DNA from: Kineococcus radiotolerans SRS30216 = ATCC BAA-149
GTDB taxonomy: Bacteria > Actinomycetota > Actinomycetes > Actinomycetales > Kineococcaceae
DNA length: 32,000 nucleotides
Reading direction: 5' to 3'
NCBI RefSeq assembly: GCF_000017305.1
Contig: NC_009664.2
Span: forward strand, 1,770,001-1,802,000
The position numbers and the translations under genes were made by a program. Position 1 is the stretch's first letter; each line of letters starts with the position of its first letter. Below the pieces are notes generated by a model. The model was not told the origin of the DNA. It saw nothing but the letters and a program-made list of their open reading frames with translations, and searched no databases. Shown here one piece after another: positions 15,548-22,798 of the stretch.

Positions 15548-16753
15548 TCAGCGCGGCCAGGGCAGCCGGGCGGACACCTCGAAACCCGCTCCGAGGCGGC
15601 CCGCGCGCAACCGCCCGCCCACCAGCTCCACGCGCTCGGCCAGGCCGACGAGCCCGAACCCCGAGGCCGGCGCCGCCCCGGCCAGGACCGGGGTCGCCCC
15701 CTCCCCGGACGGCCGGTCCACGACGGAGACCTCCAGGAACCGTCCGCGCCGGCCCTCGACCCGCACCTGCGCCCGGTGGCCCGAGGCGTGCTTGCGGACG
15801 TTGGTCAGGCCCTCCTGGACGACCCGGAACGCGGTGCGCCCCAACGCCTCCGGCACCTCCCCCGGATCGGCCAGGCGCACGTCCAGGTCGACGGGCGCAC
15901 CCAGGGCGACCACCTCGGCGACCAGGCCCGGGACGTCGGCCAGGGTCGGTTGCGGGCGCGGGACCTCCGCCGGCGCGTCGTCCTGGCGCAGGACGCCGAG
16001 GATGTCGCGCAGGTCCTCCAGGGCGGCGTGCGCGCTGCGGCGGATCGTCGCCGCCGAGGCGACGACCTCGGGGTCGGCGGAACCCTCCAGCCGCACCTCC
16101 AGGGCCCCGGCGTGCATGCTGACCAGCGAGATCCGGTGGGCCAGCACGTCGTGCATCTCCCGCGCGATGCGGGAGCGCTCCACCGCCCGGGCCTGCTCGG
16201 CCCGCAGCTCCTGCTCGGCCCGGGCCCGCACGGCCTGCTCGCGCCAGGACGCCGCCAGTTCCCGGCGGCTGCGGACGTACATCCCCCAGGCGAGCACCGG
16301 CAGCAGCACCCCGACCAGCGCGATCGCCAGCACCCACCAGGTGACCGTCGGGTCCGGCCACAGGACCGCCTGCGCCACCCCGGTCACCGCCGCCCCGGCG
16401 GCCACCGCGACCGCGGCGGGCCAGCGCCGGCGCACGGCCACGGAGAACACCGCCACCACCGAGGCGAAGCCGACCGCCACGGAGAGCAGCGACGCGGCCA
16501 CCAGCGCGACCGCGACCGCGACCGGCCACCGGCGGCGGAGGAACAGCAGCGGGACGGCCACCACCCCGAGCAGCGCGTCCACGACGAGCCACTCCTCGGC
16601 CCGCACCCCCCGCGCCTCCTCGAGCTCGAACCCGAGGACGGCCAGCCCGGTCCCCCAGCAGACCAGCACCAGCAGCAGGTCGCCCGCGACCCGCAGCGCG
16701 GTGGTCCAGCGCCCCGGGCGCCCGGGGTGCTCAGCAGCGCTCAGGTCGGTCAC
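15548..16753 (-). CDS. Sensor histidine kinase, HisKA_3 (NarL/LuxR-partner) type, multi-TM N-terminus
   Basis: Track ORF of 401 aa. It has about 5 hydrophobic segments, then the H-box RIAREMHDVLAHRISLV, QEGLTNVRKHA, and GFGLVGLAERVELVGG. Confidence 0.9.
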   Translation of the reverse strand: MTDLSAAEHPGRPGRWTTALRVAGDLLLVLVCWGTGLAVLGFELEEARGVRAEEWLVVDALLGVVAVPLLFLRRRWPVAVAVALVAASLLSVAVGFASVVAVFSVAVRRRWPAAVAVAAGAAVTGVAQAVLWPDPTVTWWVLAIALVGVLLPVLAWGMYVRSRRELAASWREQAVRARAEQELRAEQARAVERSRIAREMHDVLAHRISLVSMHAGALEVRLEGSADPEVVASAATIRRSAHAALEDLRDILGVLRQDDAPAEVPRPQPTLADVPGLVAEVVALGAPVDLDVRLADPGEVPEALGRTAFRVVQEGLTNVRKHASGHRAQVRVEGRRGRFLEVSVVDRPSGEGATPVLAGAAPASGFGLVGLAERVELVGGRLRAGRLGAGFEVSARLPWPR

Positions 16754-16817
16754 CCCGCCACCGTAGGCACCCCCCGGAGGGGTGTCGTGCCCCGAACGTC
16801 GCGACCGGGCAGCGACT

Positions 16818-16851
16818 CCCGTCGCCCCGGCGCGGGGGCGGGGGCGACGGG
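16818..16851 (-). terminator. Hairpin between the SDR gene and the kinase gene
   Basis: cc-cgtcgcccc (16818-16828) pairs with ggggcgacg-gg (16841-16851) in an 11-bp perfect stem with a 12-nt G-rich loop. It starts 24 nt after the TGA at 16875-16877. Confidence 0.4.
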
Positions 16852-16874
16852 CGGGGGACGTCGGGCGGGGAGCG

Positions 16875-18002
16875 TCAGGCGGGGGGCAGGACCCGCGCGG
16901 CGCGGTAGCGGTCCACCAGGGCCAGCAGCGCCCGCTCGGTGCTGACGTAGCCGCCGAACCCCGCGAGCCGGCTGCGGGTCATGTCGGCCACGACCTCCAG
17001 CGGGCGGCCCAGGTCGCTGTCGCTGTGCCACCAGGATGCGACCCGCGACAGGTCGGGCTCGACGAGGTGGTGCTCCTCGACCAGGCGGGCCCACACCGCC
17101 TCCGCGCCGGCCATCTGCGCCTCCAGCGTCAGGGGCTCGGCACCGGGCCCGGCGGGTTCGACGCCGAGGTGGGCGGCCAGGCGCGGCCACAGCCTGCGCC
17201 AGCGGACCACGTCGCCGTTGACGACGTTGAACGCCGTGTCGGCCGCGGCGGGGGTGGTCGCCGCCCACAGCTGGTGGTCGGCGAGCTGACCGGCGTCGGT
17301 GAGGTCGACGACGCCGTTCCACTGCGCCTGCGAGCCGGGGAAGGTGAAGGGCCGCCCGGTGGCCGCGACGACGGCCGCGTAGGCGCCGAGGGTCGGCACG
17401 AGGTTCATCGCGTTGCCCACGGCGTAGCCGGTCACGGTGTGCGCGCGGTGCACCGACCAGGTGAACCCGTGGCGGGCGGCCGCGGCGAACAGCTCGTCCT
17501 CCTGGGCGTAGTAGAAGTTCTCCACCGGCAGCCGCTCGGCGTCCTCGAGGAAGGGCGTGTCGGGCAGGTCGCCCTTCCCGTAGGCCTCGAAGGGCCCGAG
17601 GTAGTGCTTCAGCCCGGTGACCAGGGCGGCGTGGCGCAGGGAGCCCTGCGGGCCCAGGACGGCCAGCAGGTCGCGCACCAGGCCGCCGTTGACGCGGACG
17701 TTCTCCGCCTCGCTGTCCCGGCGCGACCAGGCGGTGACGAAGACGTGCGTGGGGGCCAGACCGGCGAGGTTCTCCTCCAGGCTCTCCCGGGAGAGCAGGT
17801 CGGCGCGGACGTGCTCGACCCCCTCGACCGCCGGGGGCCGCCGGGACAGCCCCGAGGTGCGCCACCCGGAGGCGACGAGCTGCTCGGCCAGGGCGCTGCC
17901 GGTGATGCCGGTGGCGCCGACGACGAGGGCGTGGGCTCCGGGGGGCGGGGTGCGCAGGGGGGTGGGGGCGCGGTCGGGGAGGAAGGGCGAGGGGTCCGGC
18001 AT
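16875..18002 (-). CDS. Extended SDR / NAD-dependent epimerase-dehydratase fold protein resembling the PRISE (progesterone-5-beta-reductase/iridoid-synthase-like) group
   Basis: Last 375 codons of track ORF 16875..18386, starting at ATG 18002. It has ALVVGATGITGSALAEQL (GxxGxxG), THVFVTAW and ENFYYAQEDEL, which resembles the NFYYxxED motif I recall from PRISE enzymes. Confidence 0.8.
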   Translation of the reverse strand: MPDPSPFLPDRAPTPLRTPPPGAHALVVGATGITGSALAEQLVASGWRTSGLSRRPPAVEGVEHVRADLLSRESLEENLAGLAPTHVFVTAWSRRDSEAENVRVNGGLVRDLLAVLGPQGSLRHAALVTGLKHYLGPFEAYGKGDLPDTPFLEDAERLPVENFYYAQEDELFAAAARHGFTWSVHRAHTVTGYAVGNAMNLVPTLGAYAAVVAATGRPFTFPGSQAQWNGVVDLTDAGQLADHQLWAATTPAAADTAFNVVNGDVVRWRRLWPRLAAHLGVEPAGPGAEPLTLEAQMAGAEAVWARLVEEHHLVEPDLSRVASWWHSDSDLGRPLEVVADMTRSRLAGFGGYVSTERALLALVDRYRAARVLPPA

Positions 18003-18618
18003 GAGCACCACGGTAACCACGAACGTCACTACAGTGCTCATCGTGACGAGTGACGACACCGCCTTCACCGCCCGGCTCGCGCAGGTGCTGCGCGCCGCCC
18101 GCCAGGCCCGCGGCCTCACCACCGCGGCGCTGGCGCAGGCCTCCGGGGTGTCGCGGGGCTCGGTCGTCAAGCTCGAGCGCGGCGACTCCCAGCCCTCCGC
18201 GGCCCTGCTGGGGCGGCTCTGCGGGCCCCTGGGACTGACCCTGTCGGAACTGTTCGCCCGGGTCGAGGCGCGCACCGCGACCGGCCGCCTCGTGCGGGCC
18301 GCGTCGGCCCCGACCTGGACGGACCCGGTGAGCGGGCACCGCCGGCGCTCGCTGTCCCCCTCCCCCGCGGGACCCGCCCAGCTCACCGAGATCGTCCTGC
18401 CCGCCGGGGCCGCCGTGACCTACCCCGCCCAGGCCTACGCCGACCTCCACCAGCAGGTGTGGGTGCTGGAGGGGACGCTGGACCTCCTCGAGGGGACCGA
18501 CGCGCACCGCCTCGGCCCCGGGGACTGCCTGGAACTGGGGGCCCCCGCCGACTGCACGTTCACCAACCCCGGGGACACCGCCACCCGCTACCTCGTCGTC
18601 GTGGCCCGGCGGCCCTGA
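18001..18618 (+). CDS. XRE-family HTH regulator with C-terminal cupin domain (second copy of this architecture)
   Basis: In frame within track ORF 17617..18618. The HTH reads LAQVLRAARQARGLTTAALAQASGVSRGSVVKLERGDSQPS. The cupin reads VWVLEGTLDLLEGTDAHRLGPGDCLELGAPADCTFTNPG. ATG 18001 is the longest plausible start. GTG 18034 or GTG 18043 is equally or more likely, because 18001-18056 looks like promoter/operator DNA. Confidence 0.82.
   Translation: MSTTVTTNVTTVLIVTSDDTAFTARLAQVLRAARQARGLTTAALAQASGVSRGSVVKLERGDSQPSAALLGRLCGPLGLTLSELFARVEARTATGRLVRAASAPTWTDPVSGHRRRSLSPSPAGPAQLTEIVLPAGAAVTYPAQAYADLHQQVWVLEGTLDLLEGTDAHRLGPGDCLELGAPADCTFTNPGDTATRYLVVVARRP
18024..18056. promoter_or_regulatory. CGTCAC / GTGACGA repeats (candidate operator) at the SDR / XRE-cupin divergence point
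   Basis: CGTCAC (18024-18029) is inverted relative to a tandem GTGACGA-GTGACGA (18043-18049 and 18050-18056). All sit within a locally lower-GC patch. Confidence 0.35.
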
Positions 18619-18654
18619 CGGGGCAGGTCGATGGTCACGGGAGTTCCTCCCCGG

Positions 18655-19779
18655 TCAGCGGGGACCTCCGGCGCGGGCGGGCACGGTGGAGTCACCGGGG
18701 AAGAACCGCCACCCGGCCCACAGCGCGACGTGGACGAAGGCCACGAGGACCGGCACCTCGATGAGGGGGCCGACGACCCCGGCCAGCGCTTGGCCGGAGG
18801 TGGCGCCGAAGGTGCCGATGGCCACCGCGATGGCGAGTTCGAAGTTGTTGCCGGTCGCGGTGAAGGACAGCGTGGAGGTCTTCGCGTAGCTCAGGCCGAT
18901 GGCCTTCCCCAGGGCGAAGGAACCCCCGAACATGATGACGAAGTAGGCCAGCAGCGGCAGCGCGATCCGGGCCACGTCGCCCGGCTGCGACGTGATGGCG
19001 TCGCCCTGCAGGGCGAAGAGCACGACGATGGTGAACAGCAGCCCGTAGAGGGCGATGGGACCGATCCTCGGCAGGAAGGTGCCCTCGTACCAGGCGCGAC
19101 CCCGGGCCCGCTCCCCCAGGGTGCGGGTGAGGAAACCCGCCAGCAGCGGGATGCCCAGGAACACCAGCACCGAGACGACGATGGCGCCGACGGAGAACTC
19201 CGCGCTGGTGGTCTCCAGGCCGAGCCAGCCGGGCAGGACCTGGAGGTAGAACCAGCCCAGCGCCGCGAAGGCGAGGATCTGGAACACCGAGTTGATCGCG
19301 ACCAGCACGGCGGCGGCCTCGCGGTCCCCGCAGGAGAGGTCGTTCCAGATGAGCACCATGGCGATGCAGCGGGCCAGGCCGACGATGACCAGGCCGGTGC
19401 GGTGCTCGGGTTGGTCGGGCAGCAGCACCCAGGCCAGGGTGAACATCAGCGCCGGCCCGACCAGCCAGTTCAGCACCAGGGAACTCACGAGCAGCCGGCG
19501 GTCGGCGGTGACCCGCGAGGTCTCGGAGTAGCGGACCTTGGCCAGGACCGGGTACATCATCAGCAGCAGCCCGACGGCGATGGGCAGGCTGACCGAGCCG
19601 ACCTCCACCGCGCTCAGGGCGTCGTCGAGACCGGGAACGACCCGGCCCAGCAGCAGCCCGAGGGCCATGGCGGCGACGATCCACACCGGCAGGAAGCGGT
19701 CCAGCACCGACAGGCGCGCCAGCACCGGGGTCCCGGGTCCGGTTCCGGGGCGGGGGTTCTCGGCGACCACGTCGCTCAT
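18655..19779 (-). CDS. acr3: Arsenite efflux permease, ACR3 family
   Basis: Last 374 codons of track ORF 18655..20175, starting at ATG 19779 with GGAAGGA 8 nt upstream. It reads LSVLDRFLPVWI, MMYPVLAKVRY, GLARCIAMVLIWNDL (conserved Cys) and TGNNFELAIAVAI. Confidence 0.93.
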   Translation of the reverse strand: MSDVVAENPRPGTGPGTPVLARLSVLDRFLPVWIVAAMALGLLLGRVVPGLDDALSAVEVGSVSLPIAVGLLLMMYPVLAKVRYSETSRVTADRRLLVSSLVLNWLVGPALMFTLAWVLLPDQPEHRTGLVIVGLARCIAMVLIWNDLSCGDREAAAVLVAINSVFQILAFAALGWFYLQVLPGWLGLETTSAEFSVGAIVVSVLVFLGIPLLAGFLTRTLGERARGRAWYEGTFLPRIGPIALYGLLFTIVVLFALQGDAITSQPGDVARIALPLLAYFVIMFGGSFALGKAIGLSYAKTSTLSFTATGNNFELAIAVAIGTFGATSGQALAGVVGPLIEVPVLVAFVHVALWAGWRFFPGDSTVPARAGGPR

Positions 19780-19792
19780 CGGGCAGGTCCTT

Positions 19793-19868
19793 CCATCGAC
19801 GTCCGTCGATGGCCGACCCTGCAGCACGCATCGACGTGTGTCAATATCGACAGACGTGAATGTCGAGT
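19793..19868. promoter_or_regulatory. acr3/arsR divergent control region with multiple TCGAC half-sites
   Basis: CCATCGAC-GTCC-GTCGATGG is a perfect 8-bp inverted repeat (19793-19812). ATCGACGT is repeated exactly at 19795-19802 and 19830-19837. TGTCAATATCGACA is an imperfect palindrome (19839-19852). GTCGAG lies at 19863-19868. This is the lowest-GC stretch of the locus. Confidence 0.5.
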
Positions 19869-20266
19869 GCCACAGTGGACCCGTGCCTGCCGCGCCCACC
19901 ACCCTGCCGCTCGTCGCCACGGCCGGCGCGACGGCGGGCGCCTGCTGCGCTCCCCTGACCGGGGAACCGCTCAGCGCCGAGACCGCCGCCGCCCTGGCCC
20001 GCACCCTCAAGGCCCTCGCCGACCCCGCCCGCCTGCGCCTGCTGTCGCTCGTCGCGGCCCACGAGGGCGGCGAGGCCTGCGTCTGCGACCTGACCGAACC
20101 CCTCGGCCTCAGCCAGCCCACCGTCTCGCACCACCTCAAGGTCCTGGTCGAGGCGGGGCTGCTCACCCGCGACAAGCGCGGGGTGTGGGCCTACTTCGCC
20201 GTCGTCCCCGAGACCCTCAACGCCCTCGCCGCCGTCCTCGTCACCCCCGCCCGCCCCGCGTCCTGA
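19856..20266 (+). CDS. arsR: ArsR/SmtB-family metalloregulator
   Basis: In frame within track ORF 19538..20266. It reads GACCAPLTGEPLS...LADPARLRLLSLVAAHEGGEACVCDLTEPLGLSQPTVSHHLKVLVEAGLL. The start is GTG 19856 or GTG 19883. Both retain all four cysteines. Confidence 0.88.
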   Translation: MNVECHSGPVPAAPTTLPLVATAGATAGACCAPLTGEPLSAETAAALARTLKALADPARLRLLSLVAAHEGGEACVCDLTEPLGLSQPTVSHHLKVLVEAGLLTRDKRGVWAYFAVVPETLNALAAVLVTPARPAS

Positions 20267-20286
20267 AACCCGAGGAGCCCCCTGCC

Positions 20287-20700
20287 GTGACCACCCCCCG
20301 CGTGCTGTTCGTCTGCGTCAAGAACGGCGGCAAGTCCCAGATGGCCGCCGGTCTGATGCGCGCCGTCGCCGGACCCGCCGTCGAGGTGGACTCCGCCGGG
20401 ACGCGGGCGGGAACCGCCCTCAACGCCGAGTCGGTCCAGAGCCTGCGGGACGTGGGGGTGGACATCTCCGGCGGGCACCCGCAGCAGCTCACCGACGAGA
20501 TGGTCGCCGCGGCCGACCTCGTCGTCGTCCTCGGTTCCGAGGCGCGGGTCGAGCCGGTCGGGGGAACCCCCGTCGAGGTGTGGGAGACCGACGAACCCTC
20601 CACCCGCGGCATCGAGGGCGCCGAGCGGATGCGCCTGGTGCGCGACGACATCGCCGCCCGCGTCGAGGACCTCGCGCGCCGCCTCGCCGCACCGGCGTGA
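20287..20700 (+). CDS. arsC: Arsenate reductase, LMW-PTPase fold, single-cysteine (mycothiol/mycoredoxin-type) subgroup
   Basis: Last 137 codons of track ORF 18631..20700. GTG 20287 has GAGGAG 9 nt upstream. The P-loop is VLFVCVKNGGKSQMAA. This is the only Cys in the protein, so the distal Cys pair of thioredoxin-coupled ArsC is absent. Confidence 0.88.
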   Translation: MTTPRVLFVCVKNGGKSQMAAGLMRAVAGPAVEVDSAGTRAGTALNAESVQSLRDVGVDISGGHPQQLTDEMVAAADLVVVLGSEARVEPVGGTPVEVWETDEPSTRGIEGAERMRLVRDDIAARVEDLARRLAAPA

Positions 20701-21911
20701 GCCCCGCGCGCCGCGCCGCGCGCACCCCGCGGGACGGCTCGGTCGCAGAGGTCTTCTCCGCGTTCCTCGTGCTGGGCCTGACGTCGTTCGGGGGGCCCGT
20801 CGCGCACCTGGGGTACTTCCGCGAGGCCTTCGTGGTCCGGCGCCGCTGGCTCGGCGAACGCGCCTACGCCGACCTGGTGGCGCTGTGCCAGTTCCTGCCC
20901 GGCCCGGCGTCCAGCCAGGTGGGGATGGCCCTCGGCCTGCGGCGGGCCGGCCCCCTGGGCCTGCTGGCCGCCTGGACCGCCTTCACCCTGCCCTCGGCGC
21001 TGCTGCTCGTGGCGTTCGCCCTGGGGACCCGCGCGGCCGGGGTCGACCCCGGCGCGGGCTGGCTGCGGGGCCTGACCGCCGCGGCCGTGGCCGTGGTGGC
21101 CCACGCCGTGCTCGGCATGGCCCGCACCCTGACCCCGGACCGGGCGCGCGCCACCGTCGCCGTCCTGGCCCTCGTCGTCGCCGTGCTCGTCCCCACCGCG
21201 GCCGGGCAGGTGGCCGCCATCGCGATCGGCGTCGTCCTCGGGCTGACCCTGCTGCGCCACCCGGTGGGCGAGACCGACCCGGCGGACTCCCCCTCCCCCG
21301 TCCGGCGGCGGACGGGTGCGGCCCTGCTCGCCGCGTTCGCGGCGCTGCTCCTCCTGCTGCCGGTCCTCGCGGCGGCGACCGGCGACGCGGCCCTGGGCCT
21401 GGTGAGCAGCTCCTACCGCACCGGGTCCCTCGTCTTCGGCGGCGGCCACGTCGTCCTGCCGCTGCTGGAGGCCGACACCGTCCAGCGCGGCCTGGTCGGC
21501 GAGGACGCCTTCCTCGCCGGCTACGGCGCCGCGCAGGCCGTCCCGGGGCCGCTGTTCACCTTCGCCGCCTACCTGGGGGCCGTCCGCACGGCCGCCCCGA
21601 CCGGCCTGGCCGGCGCGGGCCTGGCGCTGGTCTCGATCTTCCTGCCCTCGGCGCTGCTGGTCGGGGGGACGCTGCCGTTCTGGGAACGGCTGCGCCGCTC
21701 CCCCCGCGCCCAGCGCGCCCTGGCCGGGGCGGGCGCCGCGGTCGTCGGCGTGCTGGGCGCCGCCCTGCACGACCCGGTGCTCACCCACGGCGTCACCTCG
21801 CCCGCCACCCTGGCCGTCGCGGCCGTCGCCTTCGTGGCCCTCTCCTCGTGGCGGACGCCCCCCTGGGCGGTGGTGGCGGGAGCGGGCCTGGCCGGGGCCC
21901 TCGTCCTGTGA
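20697..21911 (+). CDS. chrA: Chromate ion transporter ChrA (CHR family, two-domain long form)
   Basis: Within track ORF 20580..21911. I set the start at GTG 20697, which overlaps the arsC stop (GTGA). It reads LVLGLTSFGGPVAHLGYFREAFVVRRRWL...CQFLPGPASSQ in the first half and SLVFGGGHVVLPLL...AQAVPGPLFTFAAYLG in the second half. Confidence 0.9.
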   Translation: MSPARRAARTPRDGSVAEVFSAFLVLGLTSFGGPVAHLGYFREAFVVRRRWLGERAYADLVALCQFLPGPASSQVGMALGLRRAGPLGLLAAWTAFTLPSALLLVAFALGTRAAGVDPGAGWLRGLTAAAVAVVAHAVLGMARTLTPDRARATVAVLALVVAVLVPTAAGQVAAIAIGVVLGLTLLRHPVGETDPADSPSPVRRRTGAALLAAFAALLLLLPVLAAATGDAALGLVSSSYRTGSLVFGGGHVVLPLLEADTVQRGLVGEDAFLAGYGAAQAVPGPLFTFAAYLGAVRTAAPTGLAGAGLALVSIFLPSALLVGGTLPFWERLRRSPRAQRALAGAGAAVVGVLGAALHDPVLTHGVTSPATLAVAAVAFVALSSWRTPPWAVVAGAGLAGALVL

Positions 21912-22017
21912 GACCGCGCCCGCCGGGCGCCGGCGCCGGGCCCCGCCGGCGCCACGGACGGCCCAACGGCCCCCCGCGCCGGGGAATGCGGGTGCCGCAC
22001 CCGGCCTTGCAGGGGTC

Positions 22018-22698
22018 GTGACCACCATCGGAATCATCGGCAGCGGCAACATCGGCAGCGTCCTCTCCCGCCTCGCCGTGGACGCCGGCTACGACGTCGT
22101 CATCGCCAACTCCCGCGGCCCCCAGTCCCTGACCGACCTCGTGGACCGGCTCGGGCCCCGGGCGCGCGCCGGCACGGCGACGGAGGCCGCCACGGCCGGG
22201 GACCTCGTCGTCGTGACGGTCCCGCTGGGCCGCGTCGAGGACCTCCCCGCCGAACCGCTGGCCGGCAAGGTCGTCATCGACACCTGCAACTACTACCCGG
22301 AGCGGGACGGCGACATCGCCGCCCTCGACAGCCACGAGCTGACGACCTCCGAGTTCGTCCAGCGCCACTTCGCGGGGGCCCGCGTCGTGAAGGCCTTCAA
22401 CAACATCTTCGCCCAGAACCTCGCCGACCTGCCCCGTCCCGCGGGGGCCCCGGACCGCACGACGCTCACCATCGCCGGCGACGACGAGGCGGCGGAGCGG
22501 ACCGTCGCCGAGTTCATCGACGCCATCGGCTACGACACCTTCGACACCGGCAGCCTCGCGGAGAGCTGGCGCTTCCAGCGCGACCAGCCCGCCTACGCCG
22601 GCGCCTACACCGAGAGCGGCGACCCCGCCGAACCCCGGCGCCGCACCCCCGAGGAGCTGCAGCTCCTCCTCGACCGGGCCGACCGCTCCATCCGCTGA
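22018..22698 (+). CDS. NAD(P)-binding oxidoreductase of the NADPH-dependent F420 reductase-like family (COG2085-type)
   Basis: Track ORF of 226 aa starting at GTG. It reads MTTIGIIGSGNIGSVLSRLAVDAGYDVVIANSRGP (Rossmann fold), VVVTVP, VVIDTCNYY and VVKAFNNI. Confidence 0.75.
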   Translation: MTTIGIIGSGNIGSVLSRLAVDAGYDVVIANSRGPQSLTDLVDRLGPRARAGTATEAATAGDLVVVTVPLGRVEDLPAEPLAGKVVIDTCNYYPERDGDIAALDSHELTTSEFVQRHFAGARVVKAFNNIFAQNLADLPRPAGAPDRTTLTIAGDDEAAERTVAEFIDAIGYDTFDTGSLAESWRFQRDQPAYAGAYTESGDPAEPRRRTPEELQLLLDRADRSIR

Positions 22699-22725
22699 CC
22701 CTCCCGCCGCGCGGCGGCCGGCCGC

Positions 22726-22742
22726 GGCACCGACCCGGTGCC
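22726..22742 (+). terminator. Small hairpin after the reductase-like gene
   Basis: ggcaccg, loop acc, cggtgcc. A 7-bp perfect stem located 28 nt after the stop at 22696-22698. Confidence 0.35.
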
Positions 22743-22762
22743 CGGCCGGCCCGCCCGCGGCC

Positions 22763-22785
22763 TTCCCCCTCCCGCGGAGGGGGAA
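22763..22785 (-). terminator. Hairpin after the minus-strand six-gene cluster
   Basis: ttccccctcc, loop cgc, ggagggggaa. A perfect 10-bp stem located 14 nt downstream of the TGA at 22799-22801 (minus). Confidence 0.5.
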
Positions 22786-22798
22786 CCGGGTCCCGGCC

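Noticed and set aside
15075-18507. ORFs 15075..16592 (-), 15333..16766 (+), 15776..16945 (+), 16750..18507 (-) and 16782..18053 (+).
   Set aside because: They are shadow frames over the HisKA_3 kinase and the SDR gene. They are low-complexity with no motifs.
18635-18650. An exact 16-nt repeat tcacgggagttcctcc at 14117-14132 and 18635-18650. On the minus strand it reads GGAGGAACTCCCGTGA, an SD plus GTG plus stop. At the second site it predicts a 16-codon ORF (18588-18638) antisense to the end of the XRE gene.
   Set aside because: With this base composition, a handful of chance 16-mer coincidences are expected among the roughly 10^9 position pairs in 32 kb. The flanks share no further similarity. 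The mini-ORF is tiny and overlaps a well-supported gene.
18631-22052. The 689-aa + ORF 18631..20700, the 603-aa minus ORF 20241..22052, ORF 18692..19831 (-) and ORF 20885..22021 (+).
   Set aside because: Only the last 137 codons of 18631..20700 encode ArsC. The rest is antisense to acr3 or out of frame with arsR. The others are shadows of chrA, arsC and acr3.
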